42,612 nt of DNA from an uncultured Fimbriimonadales bacterium (lineage in GTDB: Bacteria; Armatimonadota; Fimbriimonadia; Fimbriimonadales; ATM1): the NCBI GenBank assembly GCA_964608695.1, contig CAZSPF010000016.1:3350-45961 (forward strand). Reading direction: 5' to 3'. Shown in pieces: positions 34,804-42,612 of the stretch (position 1 is the stretch's first letter; each line of letters begins with the position of its first letter). The position numbers and the translations under genes were made by a program. Under the pieces are notes generated by a model, which saw only the letters and a list, made by a program, of their open reading frames with translations, was not told where the DNA came from and made no database searches.

Positions 34804-34833
34804 AAAAGGAGCAATTTTTCAATTGCCCCTTTT
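34804..34833. terminator. Bidirectional rho-independent terminator between convergent genes
   Basis: Left arm aaaaggagcaatt (34804-34816) pairs with right arm aattgcccctttt (34821-34833), with one mismatch (34810/34827) and loop tttc (34817-34820). It is flanked by an A-run and a T-run, so a U-tract follows on either strand. Confidence 0.55.
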
Positions 34834-34856
34834 ATCAACAAGGAGATAAATTAACT

Positions 34857-36770
34857 CTAAGGGTTAACCTCTACACGAACTAAATCAAAGAACGCATCGA
34901 ATCCATTTCGCGGATTTTGAATCGGTAAAATGTTTTCGATTAAGAGCTCTATTCTTCCATCGTTGCGTACATATTGAGAACCACCACCAATGATCTGTTC
35001 AAATAGAACATCCGAAGTGAGAGGAACATAAGTCATGATTTGCTCATAAGCATTTGTGTTCCAGTTCTTCAAATACACTTTTCCTGTAACTCCGCCTTGC
35101 GACGTTTTAGTTTCAACCTGAACTTTTAGTTGAGATGGATTCAATATCCCTGTTTCTAAACCAACTACCAACTTAATGGGACCGGGAACAGGCCGCCCAA
35201 AGGCAGGAAGTGAATTACCCACTAAATAATAGTTGTCAGATAACATCAACTCTGCTAACCCGCCTGACTTCTTTTTGCCTTCAGTAATGGCAAAATCTTT
35301 CAGTACTGCACCTGATGTCCCGTTGATCGTAAAGTTGTTATCGCTTGTATCTCCCCCTGTGTTTCCATCAGCATCCCTCGCAAGAACTTTTATGCGCGCT
35401 TGATTGGAAAAAACATTAGGGACAGTCCATATATGCGACCCATCATCTTGCGTTGCTGAAGCAATCATAAACGGGTACGTTGCGCCGCCATCCAATGACA
35501 AAAGAATATCAACGTTTACTACACCTTTATCGTCATCGGAAATCCATTTGACTTCCACTTGACCGCCGGGGTTATAATTCTCATTTCCATTAGGTGAGAG
35601 TACATATGTCGCCGGGTTTGGAGCAGTTGGGCTTTTCGGAAGATGCATAACAATACAATGAAACACACCTGCAGCAGTTACAATCGGCTGACCACTAACT
35701 TGAACAACCTCTTTGCCTGCAGCAGCTTGCTTCCATGTGTTAAACGATTCAGTGTTCCTTGCTGAAACATTATTGCCTTGCGTATAAGTTGGAACTACTA
35801 ACACGTTATTACAAATCAATACATTTGTGTAAGTGTAGTGAGTGCCACCAGATAGATACGCCGGAGTTCTGTAAACAGTGTATCCGTTAGAGGCAAATTG
35901 TGCCGCTGCATTTTCACAAATATTCGATTGAGCAGAACCTTGATTATCAGGCCAATAACTAATCACAACAGTTCGGTCTTCAGGAATAAACAACCACATG
36001 TCCAAGTGCTGAGTAGCATCAACATTTGTGGAGAATGCAGGCAAAATTCCTACATTCAAATTCTGATACTGAAGCCAGTAAAGCTTTATTTGTGATTCAG
36101 TTAAACTCGTGTTCTCATTTTTTATCAAAGCTGTTGCATAACCATCCCCAAGACTTGAATGCTGAAAGTTGCCGCCACCATGCACTAATGGAATGAGGTA
36201 AATCGCATGGTTTTTATAAAGCGCAAAATTGCCAGGATACTTGTTGTCATTTGGCCTTGGTCTGTTATAAGTATGGTCAATGATTGCCCTAACATTGTCT
36301 TGGAAGATGTACCGGGGCCCGTAATCCCTTATCCAAATGGAGTCCAGCGGAGCCATTACAAAGTGAACCCTGTTCATGTCTACACCACCTGAAGACAATG
36401 AACTATAAGCCGCAGATTGGTTAGCTGTGCTTGTTACGGCAACATACAAATCAGCGTCTCCGTAGGGACCGGTGATATGTTTGGCGAGTTGCACTAAGAT
36501 GTTTTTCCAAGCACTTGTTCCCATCCAAGAAATCAAAATTGCGTCACTTGGATGATACTCTCCCGGACAAAAAATCGGACCTGTGGGAGGACCGGAAGAT
36601 CGTGGAGAGATAATCGGATTTCTTTCGATATAAGCCTTTTCCCAAGGGGTAAGGTTCCGTGGCAAAGCCTCGTCTTTTTGCCCCACATTAAGTTGAGAAA
36701 GTGCAATCGAAAACGATAGCAAAAGTGGGATTGCAGCTAATAATTTCAATAGGTTTGTTATTTTCACCAT
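34857..36770 (-). CDS. Secreted agmatine deiminase / Porphyromonas-type peptidyl-arginine deiminase family protein with C-terminal beta-sandwich domains
   Basis: Signal peptide (LLKLLAAIPLLLSFSIALSQ). Family motifs PGEYHPSDAILISW, DSIWIRDYGPRYIF, YNRPRPNDN, HGGGNFQ, HLDMW, catalytic Cys in GVFHCIVMH (codon 35655-35657). About 250 extra C-terminal residues. The track start at 36779 is a TTG; ATG 36770 (or GTG 36767) follows GGAGGA. Confidence 0.8.
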   Translation of the reverse strand: MVKITNLLKLLAAIPLLLSFSIALSQLNVGQKDEALPRNLTPWEKAYIERNPIISPRSSGPPTGPIFCPGEYHPSDAILISWMGTSAWKNILVQLAKHITGPYGDADLYVAVTSTANQSAAYSSLSSGGVDMNRVHFVMAPLDSIWIRDYGPRYIFQDNVRAIIDHTYNRPRPNDNKYPGNFALYKNHAIYLIPLVHGGGNFQHSSLGDGYATALIKNENTSLTESQIKLYWLQYQNLNVGILPAFSTNVDATQHLDMWLFIPEDRTVVISYWPDNQGSAQSNICENAAAQFASNGYTVYRTPAYLSGGTHYTYTNVLICNNVLVVPTYTQGNNVSARNTESFNTWKQAAAGKEVVQVSGQPIVTAAGVFHCIVMHLPKSPTAPNPATYVLSPNGNENYNPGGQVEVKWISDDDKGVVNVDILLSLDGGATYPFMIASATQDDGSHIWTVPNVFSNQARIKVLARDADGNTGGDTSDNNFTINGTSGAVLKDFAITEGKKKSGGLAELMLSDNYYLVGNSLPAFGRPVPGPIKLVVGLETGILNPSQLKVQVETKTSQGGVTGKVYLKNWNTNAYEQIMTYVPLTSDVLFEQIIGGGSQYVRNDGRIELLIENILPIQNPRNGFDAFFDLVRVEVNP

Positions 36771-36910
36771 TTCCTCCAAAAGAAAAACTTTGATGGCTTC
36801 ATGCCGTCATACAGCACAAAACAACCCGTAGACAGGCTACTCATTAGACGAGGTTTACGCCATGAAAAGTTGGCAAGAACCATGCCGTTTTCCCTTAAAA
36901 AAACCTCAAA

Positions 36911-39028
36911 TTAAAGATTATTCATAAAATATCTCATTATCCGCCTAAACACGTCTACCCAGCTCTCATCTCGACCCATGCCATGCCCATCCTTCGGGTA
37001 GAGGAAAAGATCAAACTCCTTGTTCAGCTCAAGTAATTTTTGAGCTAAGCGTATAGTGTCCTGAGCCAAAACGTTGTCATCTTGAAGCCCATGTATCATT
37101 AACAGGTGGCCTTGAAGTTTTTCGGCATTGTCTATCGGAGAAGTCGCCTTATACGCTTCTTCATTCTCTTTGGGCATCTCCAGCCTTTGGCGTGTATACC
37201 ACTGGTTATACTTTCTCCAATCAGTTACAGACGCAACCGCAACACCTGCCTTGAACACCCCCGGATGGCGCATCATCGTCATCAAAGTCAAAAACCCGCC
37301 ATAGCTCCAGCCCCATAGCCCCAACCGTTCACCGTCAATATAGTTTAAGGACTTTAAAAAATTCGCTGCCGCAACCGCCTCGTCGCTGTCAATAATCCCA
37401 AGGCTTTCATAGTATCCGGTTTCAAAATCAGTTCCATAGCCCCAACTCGCCCGGAAATCCACAAACAGAATCACATAACCCATGTGAACTGCCACATAAT
37501 GATTCAGTAATCTTCCCCACCCCCATTTCGCGCTGTTGGCATACATGTCAGCAATAATGGCTGGATACTTTTTGCCAGGAACTATGTTAGGGGGGGTGTA
37601 AAGTAAGCCATGAATGGTCTCATCGCCAAGAGGAAATGTAACTTCTTGTACATGTGCAAATTCAAACTTTTCAAAAATCGGCAAAGGAGAGTTTGTAAGT
37701 TTTATATGATTATTAACTGCTTTGAACAAATAAATCTCTTGCGGCGTCGTTCTATTGTTAAAAGTAATTATTTGATTTTTCCCGTCTTTTGAAACACTAA
37801 CGGAGTTCGCGCCTTTTCCCACACTTAAAAGATTTTTCTCCCCTTCTGGGGTAATTGAATAAATATCGGTTTGCTGCGGGCCTCTCTCTGTGCTTTGATA
37901 GTACAACACATCAGAATCTTTTGGTCGTTGAAAATCAATGACATCAAACTTTCCTGAAGTAATTGCCCGTAAATCTTTCCCAAACAAACTAATTCTATAA
38001 ATATGACGCCAGCCATCTAAATCTGCACCGAAATATATGCTCTTTCCGTCTTGGCTGAAACGAACAGGACACCACTGGCTGATGTATCCCTTCTCAACCT
38101 TCTTCGAAAACACGCGTAGCATCTTCATGGTTTGTACATCAACTAAATTCAGGCGCCATTCCTTAAAAGCACCATCCATTTCACTAATAACTACATAGCG
38201 ACCGTCAGGCGAAATATCTGTTCCATAATTGAAAGAACTTTCAGGTATGCCTGCTACCCATTTAATTAGCCCCCCCTCTGAGGAAACGATGCCTGTACGA
38301 AACACATAAGGATCAGTGCCAACAAATCCACGTGGCACGTTTCTTACCGTTACATTGTCTGTGGTGTAATCGGGAATTAAAACACTTGCATTCTTGTTGT
38401 TATCTGACCACCAAACAACAAGAAACGAAGAATCATCGCTCCACAAATACCCAGAAAGAGAAGTGCCAGATTTCGCAATCGTAGTCAATTGCTTAATTTC
38501 TCCAGAACTACGATTCCACGTGAAAACGTTACCGCCGGACATGTAGCTGATATACTTCCCATTGGGAGAGTACTGTGCGTTGTATTCACCTGCAGTTGTT
38601 TGAATGATCCTTTTGGGTTTCGACCCTACCTTGGGCTCCATCACCCATAAATCACCCTTATATTCAATTAAAAGCTCGCTGTCATCCGGCGACCACTTCG
38701 GAGCGGATGGACCGCCATCATATTGAACATCCTCTTTCTTTTGCTGCTCCGTGCGCGTATCATCTTACAATGGGATATCAGGAAAATCATTGCTCGATGT
38801 GAGTTGAACAGGAACGAGATCAGTCAAAGACAATATATAAATATCTCGATACCGTTCACCGGATTTATTCCATAAGAAACTGATTTTGTCTCCCTTATTG
38901 TTGAACTCAACTCCTACCGGAGCCCTGCCCTCAATCCTTGGCCATTGATGCAGCCTGTCATAACTGATTTCCGTCTGAGGAAATCCTTGTTGAAAAAGAA
39001 GTACACAACCAAGTAGCATGGACGTCAT
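36911..39028 (-). pseudogene. S9 family serine peptidase (DPP-IV / prolyl-oligopeptidase-like) interrupted by one in-frame TAA (38765-38767)
   Basis: Track ORFs 38765..39028 (signal peptide plus first propeller strands, AAGGA SD) and 36911..38644 (propeller plus hydrolase: GWSYGG, HGLQDDNV, DGHGM) are in the same frame. The 120-nt gap has no stop and translates as DDTRTEQQKKEDVQYDGGPSAPKWSPDDSELLIEYKGDLW, which is typical propeller sequence. Total span is 2118 nt (706 codons). Confidence 0.65.
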
Positions 39029-39081
39029 TATTTATTCCTTTTTGTATTTTGTAGTTACAAGCATTTGTGAAAAAGATTTAT

Positions 39082-39846
39082 TCATGTTTTCTTTTTTGAT
39101 GATGTTAAAACCATCCAAACAAACTTCGGAAGTGTCAATACCTTTTTCCATTTGCGCGGATTCATTATCAACCGCCAAAGCCACTCCAAACGCATTTTTT
39201 GTATTATTACTGGAGCCCTTTTCACGTTTCCGCTCAAAACGTCAAAACTGCCTCCTACACCAATGTTCACACTGGCACCGATTAGGTGCATATTATCTCT
39301 GATAAAAATCTCCTGTCGAGGAATTCCCATGGCAACTATTAATCCTTGTGGTCGCAGCGAACTTATCTCCGCAACGATTTCAGGCTCTTCTTCTTTTGAG
39401 AAATAACCATGATGAGTACCTACTACGTTTATCGTTGGATATTTTTCTTTAATTTTTATTCTTGCTTTCTCTGCAACTCCAGGAGCAGACCCCAATAAAA
39501 ATAAACTGTATCCGTTCACAGAACATATTTTACAAATCTCTTCCACAAGTTCCACGCCGGTTACTCTTTCATAAATCGGGTCTTTGGTGCGCTTCGATGC
39601 CCAAACTACTCCATAACTATCTGGTGTAACTAAATCTGCGTTTTCATAAATATCTTTTAACTGTCTGTCAGAATGTGCCAGTACTATTCCACTCGCATCT
39701 GCAGTTACTATCATGCGAGGAACACCTTCTTCAAAAAAACGTTTAATACGATGCACCGCTTCCTGCATCGTGACGGGATCAACTCCTATTCCCAAAATGT
39801 CTACACGGTCCGGATATTCCATTTCGGTTTTGGCAAATGTTAACAT
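39082..39846 (-). CDS. WecB/TagA/CpsF family glycosyltransferase
   Basis: ILGIGVDPVT, LVTPDSYGVVWASK, LFLLGSAPGVAEKA, GVGGSFDVLSGNVKRAP, LEWLWRL are hallmarks of the TagA/WecG family. Confidence 0.85.
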   Translation of the reverse strand: MLTFAKTEMEYPDRVDILGIGVDPVTMQEAVHRIKRFFEEGVPRMIVTADASGIVLAHSDRQLKDIYENADLVTPDSYGVVWASKRTKDPIYERVTGVELVEEICKICSVNGYSLFLLGSAPGVAEKARIKIKEKYPTINVVGTHHGYFSKEEEPEIVAEISSLRPQGLIVAMGIPRQEIFIRDNMHLIGASVNIGVGGSFDVLSGNVKRAPVIIQKMRLEWLWRLIMNPRKWKKVLTLPKFVWMVLTSSKKKT

Positions 39847-39853
39847 AGAAAAG

Positions 39854-42265
39854 CTATTTCTTATTTTTGGCGCTGTTAAAGCCTAATGCTAAACTCAATA
39901 CTTCATCTGCATTTTTTACGAAATGCACCTTGAGCTTCTCGCGAACTAACTTGGGAACTTCTTCCATAAAATCTTTCCTGTTTCGATCGGGAAGAATAAC
40001 TGTCGTTATCCCTGCACGGTGAGCCGCAAGCACTTTTTCTTTTATTCCGCCAACAGGCAGCACCTGCCCTGTCAATGTAAGTTCCCCAGTCATCGCTGTT
40101 CTTGACTTGATAACCTTATCGGAAAACAAACTCGCCAAAGATGCGAGCATCGCAACGCCTGCACTAGGACCGTCCTTTGGTATAGCACCGGCAGGAACAT
40201 GAACATGAATATCCATGTTGTGAAATTGCTCTTGCGCAATTCCGTAAACTTCTGCATGAGTTCGTAAATATGACAATGCCGCTCGCGCAGACTCTTTCAT
40301 CACATTCCCAAGCTGACCTGTTAATACCAAATCGCCTTTTCCTGTCATATATGCACTTTCTACGAAAAGAATTTCACCCCCAATCGGCGTCCATGCTAAG
40401 CCCACCGCAACTCCCGGTTTCCTGTCTCTTTCCGCAACCTCGTCTTGCAAAAATCTTGGTGCACCGATGCACTGCTCAATATAGTCGTTGTTTACAGTTA
40501 TCGCTTTCGTTTCACCTTCTGCAAATGCGCGCGTCGCTTTTCTGCATAACGCCGCAATCTCTCTTTCAAGGTTGCGTACACCTGCTTCTCGTGTATAAAA
40601 TCTAATGAGGTATTTAATGGCTTCTTTCTTCCACTTCAACATCTCCTTTTTAATTCCGTGTTCGCTCATTTGCTTAGGAATCAAATGCTGTCTTGCAATC
40701 TCAACTTTTTCCTCTTCGGTATATCCACCTAATTCTATAATTTCCATCCTGTCGCGAAGAGGGGGGGGGATGGTATCGAGAATATTCGCAGTGGTGATAA
40801 AGAATACTTTGCTCAAATCGAAGGGCACATCCAAATAATGATCACGGAAACTGAAGTTCTGCTCAGGATCTAATACTTCCAAAAGAGCAGAACTTGGATC
40901 ACCTCGAAAATCTACACCTAATTTATCAACCTCATCCAGCATAAACAACGGGTTGTTGCTTTCTGCTCTGCGTATCGCTTGCAAAATCTGACCGGGCATA
41001 GCTCCTATGTATGTCCTTCTGTGTCCTCTAATCTCAGCTTCGTCGCGAACACCGCCAAGTGCCAGCCTCACGAATTTTCTCCCCATTGCGTGAGCAATCG
41101 AACGACCTAAAGAGGTTTTTCCAACCCCCGGCGGTCCTACAAAACACAAAATCGGCTGCCTAACCACACCTTCGGTTTTAAATTTTCTTACTGCCAAAAA
41201 CTCTAATATACGCTCTTTAATTTTTTCTAACCCGTAATGGTCGCTATCCAAAGTTTGTTTTACTTTTTGTAAATCCAAAACATCTTCCGTTTGTACACTC
41301 CATGGCATCGAAATCATCCAATCGATGTATGTTCGAGCAACAGTGTATTCGGGTGCACCCGGAGACATTCTTCGTAATCTGTCAAATTCACGATTCACTT
41401 CTCGCATCGCCTCTTCAGGCAAATTCGCTTTATCAATGCGCTCTCTTAACTCGAATAACTCCTGCTCTCTGTCGTCCGTCTCTCCAAGCTCTCGTTGTAT
41501 TGCTTTGAGCTGTTCGCGCAGATAATAGTCACGTTGCGAACGGGTAAGCTCCGTGTTAACTTCACTTTGCACTTTAGACGTCAGCTCCAAAATACGAACT
41601 TCGCGAGATAACAACTCCACAACCAATCGCAATCTGTCACGAATATCAATCGTCTCTAATATCTGCTGTTTGTCTTCAATAGCAAACGGCATATGAGCAG
41701 CAATCAAGTCAGCCATAACTCCCGGCTCTTGCACAGCTTGAGTTAAGCTTTTTAACTCATCTGGTAAGTGAGGAGCAAGAGTCACCGCTCTGTTGAACAA
41801 ATCAGCAGTTGTTCTTCGCAGTGCTTCCACTTCATCCAAAAATTTCTTCGGTATCTCTTGCTCTTCGACAACCTCGATGCGTGCACGAAGATAAGGATCG
41901 TCATGAATCGCGTTCGTAATTTTAAAGCGTACAACACCTTGCACAATTAGCCGAACTGCATCCGGCAATTTCACCAAAGTGCGTATGATAACTGCGCAGC
42001 CAAACTTGTAAATGTCTTCGAATCCGGGAGATTCAATATTCGGGTCGCGTTGAGCAACAACTCCTACAATCCGATTATTGTCACTCACCGTTTCATCAAT
42101 TAAACGAATACTCGTAGGCCTTCCTACCGATAAAGGAGCAATCAGCATCGGATAAATAACGGAATCGCGTAACGGAAGAATATTTAACTCTTCCGGTACT
42201 TCAGGTTGCCGTGTTTCGTCTTCGGATTGCGGCTCATCTTTTACAGGTAGATCTATTTCCGGCAT
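39854..42265 (-). CDS. lon: ATP-dependent Lon protease (endopeptidase La)
   Basis: LON N-domain, Walker A GPPGVGKTS, catalytic Ser in KDGPSAGVAM, Lys in GGIKEKVLAAHRAG, 803 aa. Confidence 0.97.
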   Translation of the reverse strand: MPEIDLPVKDEPQSEDETRQPEVPEELNILPLRDSVIYPMLIAPLSVGRPTSIRLIDETVSDNNRIVGVVAQRDPNIESPGFEDIYKFGCAVIIRTLVKLPDAVRLIVQGVVRFKITNAIHDDPYLRARIEVVEEQEIPKKFLDEVEALRRTTADLFNRAVTLAPHLPDELKSLTQAVQEPGVMADLIAAHMPFAIEDKQQILETIDIRDRLRLVVELLSREVRILELTSKVQSEVNTELTRSQRDYYLREQLKAIQRELGETDDREQELFELRERIDKANLPEEAMREVNREFDRLRRMSPGAPEYTVARTYIDWMISMPWSVQTEDVLDLQKVKQTLDSDHYGLEKIKERILEFLAVRKFKTEGVVRQPILCFVGPPGVGKTSLGRSIAHAMGRKFVRLALGGVRDEAEIRGHRRTYIGAMPGQILQAIRRAESNNPLFMLDEVDKLGVDFRGDPSSALLEVLDPEQNFSFRDHYLDVPFDLSKVFFITTANILDTIPPPLRDRMEIIELGGYTEEEKVEIARQHLIPKQMSEHGIKKEMLKWKKEAIKYLIRFYTREAGVRNLEREIAALCRKATRAFAEGETKAITVNNDYIEQCIGAPRFLQDEVAERDRKPGVAVGLAWTPIGGEILFVESAYMTGKGDLVLTGQLGNVMKESARAALSYLRTHAEVYGIAQEQFHNMDIHVHVPAGAIPKDGPSAGVAMLASLASLFSDKVIKSRTAMTGELTLTGQVLPVGGIKEKVLAAHRAGITTVILPDRNRKDFMEEVPKLVREKLKVHFVKNADEVLSLALGFNSAKNKK

Positions 42266-42612
42266 TTAGCTTTCAGGTTCCGATTCTATTAGTATGTTTC
42301 GACGTCGTGGTGTTCGTTCCTTTTTAGAAACAAGGATTTGCAATATCCCATTTTCAAATTTTGCTTTAATACTCTCGCGTTGCACCGAACCACTCGGCAA
42401 AGTGATAAGCTTCTCAAATTGACCGTACTGCACTTCTAATTGATAGCACTTATGACATCGAAAAGTAGACGGTTGTTTTCGTGAACCTCGCACAAGCAAA
42501 GCATGTCGAGTAGGCGAGTAATAGATTTTCAACTCTTCCGGGTTAACGCCCGCAAGTTCTACGAACACCGTAAACCCCTCTTCACTCTCCAAAACATCAG
42601 CATTTGGCTCCC
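42266..42612 (-). CDS. Hsp20/alpha-crystallin small heat-shock protein, N-terminus outside window
   Basis: ACD pattern (EPNADVL)ESEEGFTVFVELAGVNPEELKIYY...ITLPSGSVQRESIKAKFENGILQILV. The track start at 42592 is a TTG, and the frame remains open to the window edge. Its stop abuts the lon ATG (TAAATG). Confidence 0.85.
   Translation of the reverse strand, partial: EPNADVLESEEGFTVFVELAGVNPEELKIYYSPTRHALLVRGSRKQPSTFRCHKCYQLEVQYGQFEKLITLPSGSVQRESIKAKFENGILQILVSKKERTPRRRNILIESEPES

Noticed and set aside
38765-38767. Programmed recoding (selenocysteine or pyrrolysine) at the in-frame stop of the S9 peptidase.
   Set aside because: The codon is TAA, not TGA or TAG. TAA is used as a normal terminator by many genes in this window.
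304-40769. G/C homopolymer tracts as classical phase-variation switches or as long-read homopolymer sequencing errors.
   Set aside because: They sit in core housekeeping genes rather than surface or contingency loci. All 23 preserve the reading frame, which argues against uncorrected homopolymer errors. They are kept as a compositional finding instead.
1-42612. Search for tRNA, rRNA, CRISPR repeats, IS elements, integrases, toxin-antitoxin pairs and known defence-system genes.
   Set aside because: No intergenic gap exceeds about 180 nt. I saw no repeat-spacer periodicity, and no ORF has transposase, integrase, nuclease-helicase or reverse-transcriptase motifs that I could recognise.

Overview
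Compact bacterial chromosomal segment: about 42 protein genes, tiny intergenic spacers and many ATGA/TAATG start-stop overlaps. I found no rRNA, tRNA, CRISPR array, transposase or integrase. Recognisable housekeeping content: mnmA, a VKOR-DsbA fusion, ytxG/ytxH-like stress genes, an ECF sigma factor, an aldehyde dehydrogenase, MTA phosphorylase, rpiB, gpsA, an NfeD plus two-flotillin operon, a PepV-like dipeptidase, atpZ-atpI-atpBEFHAG (no atpD/atpC), TerC, an acyl-CoA dehydrogenase, a TagA/WecG glycosyltransferase, lon and an hsp20 fragment. The window is unusually rich in extracytoplasmic or proteolytic functions: two S41 peptidases, three HExxH proteins, M20, S9, a CHAP domain and a secreted agmatine/peptidyl-arginine deiminase-family protein. 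The best candidate for an undescribed system is the co-directional block 10004-19482. There, two AT-rich giant multidomain HExxH proteins bracket rpiB and a translationally coupled pair of S41 peptidases, one of which has lost its Ser/Lys catalytic residues. Other notable signals: (1) an S9 peptidase reading frame broken by a single in-frame TAA; (2) 23 in-frame G/C homopolymer tracts of 7-9 nt inside housekeeping genes, encoding Gly-Gly or Pro-Pro; (3) recurrent -10-like hexamers 6-11 nt upstream of operon-first ATGs with no Shine-Dalgarno, suggesting leaderless mRNAs; (4) an atp operon that ends after gamma and overlaps a convergent TerC gene. All domain calls come from reading motifs in the supplied translations, not from database searches. 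I could not place the organism taxonomically from sequence alone.
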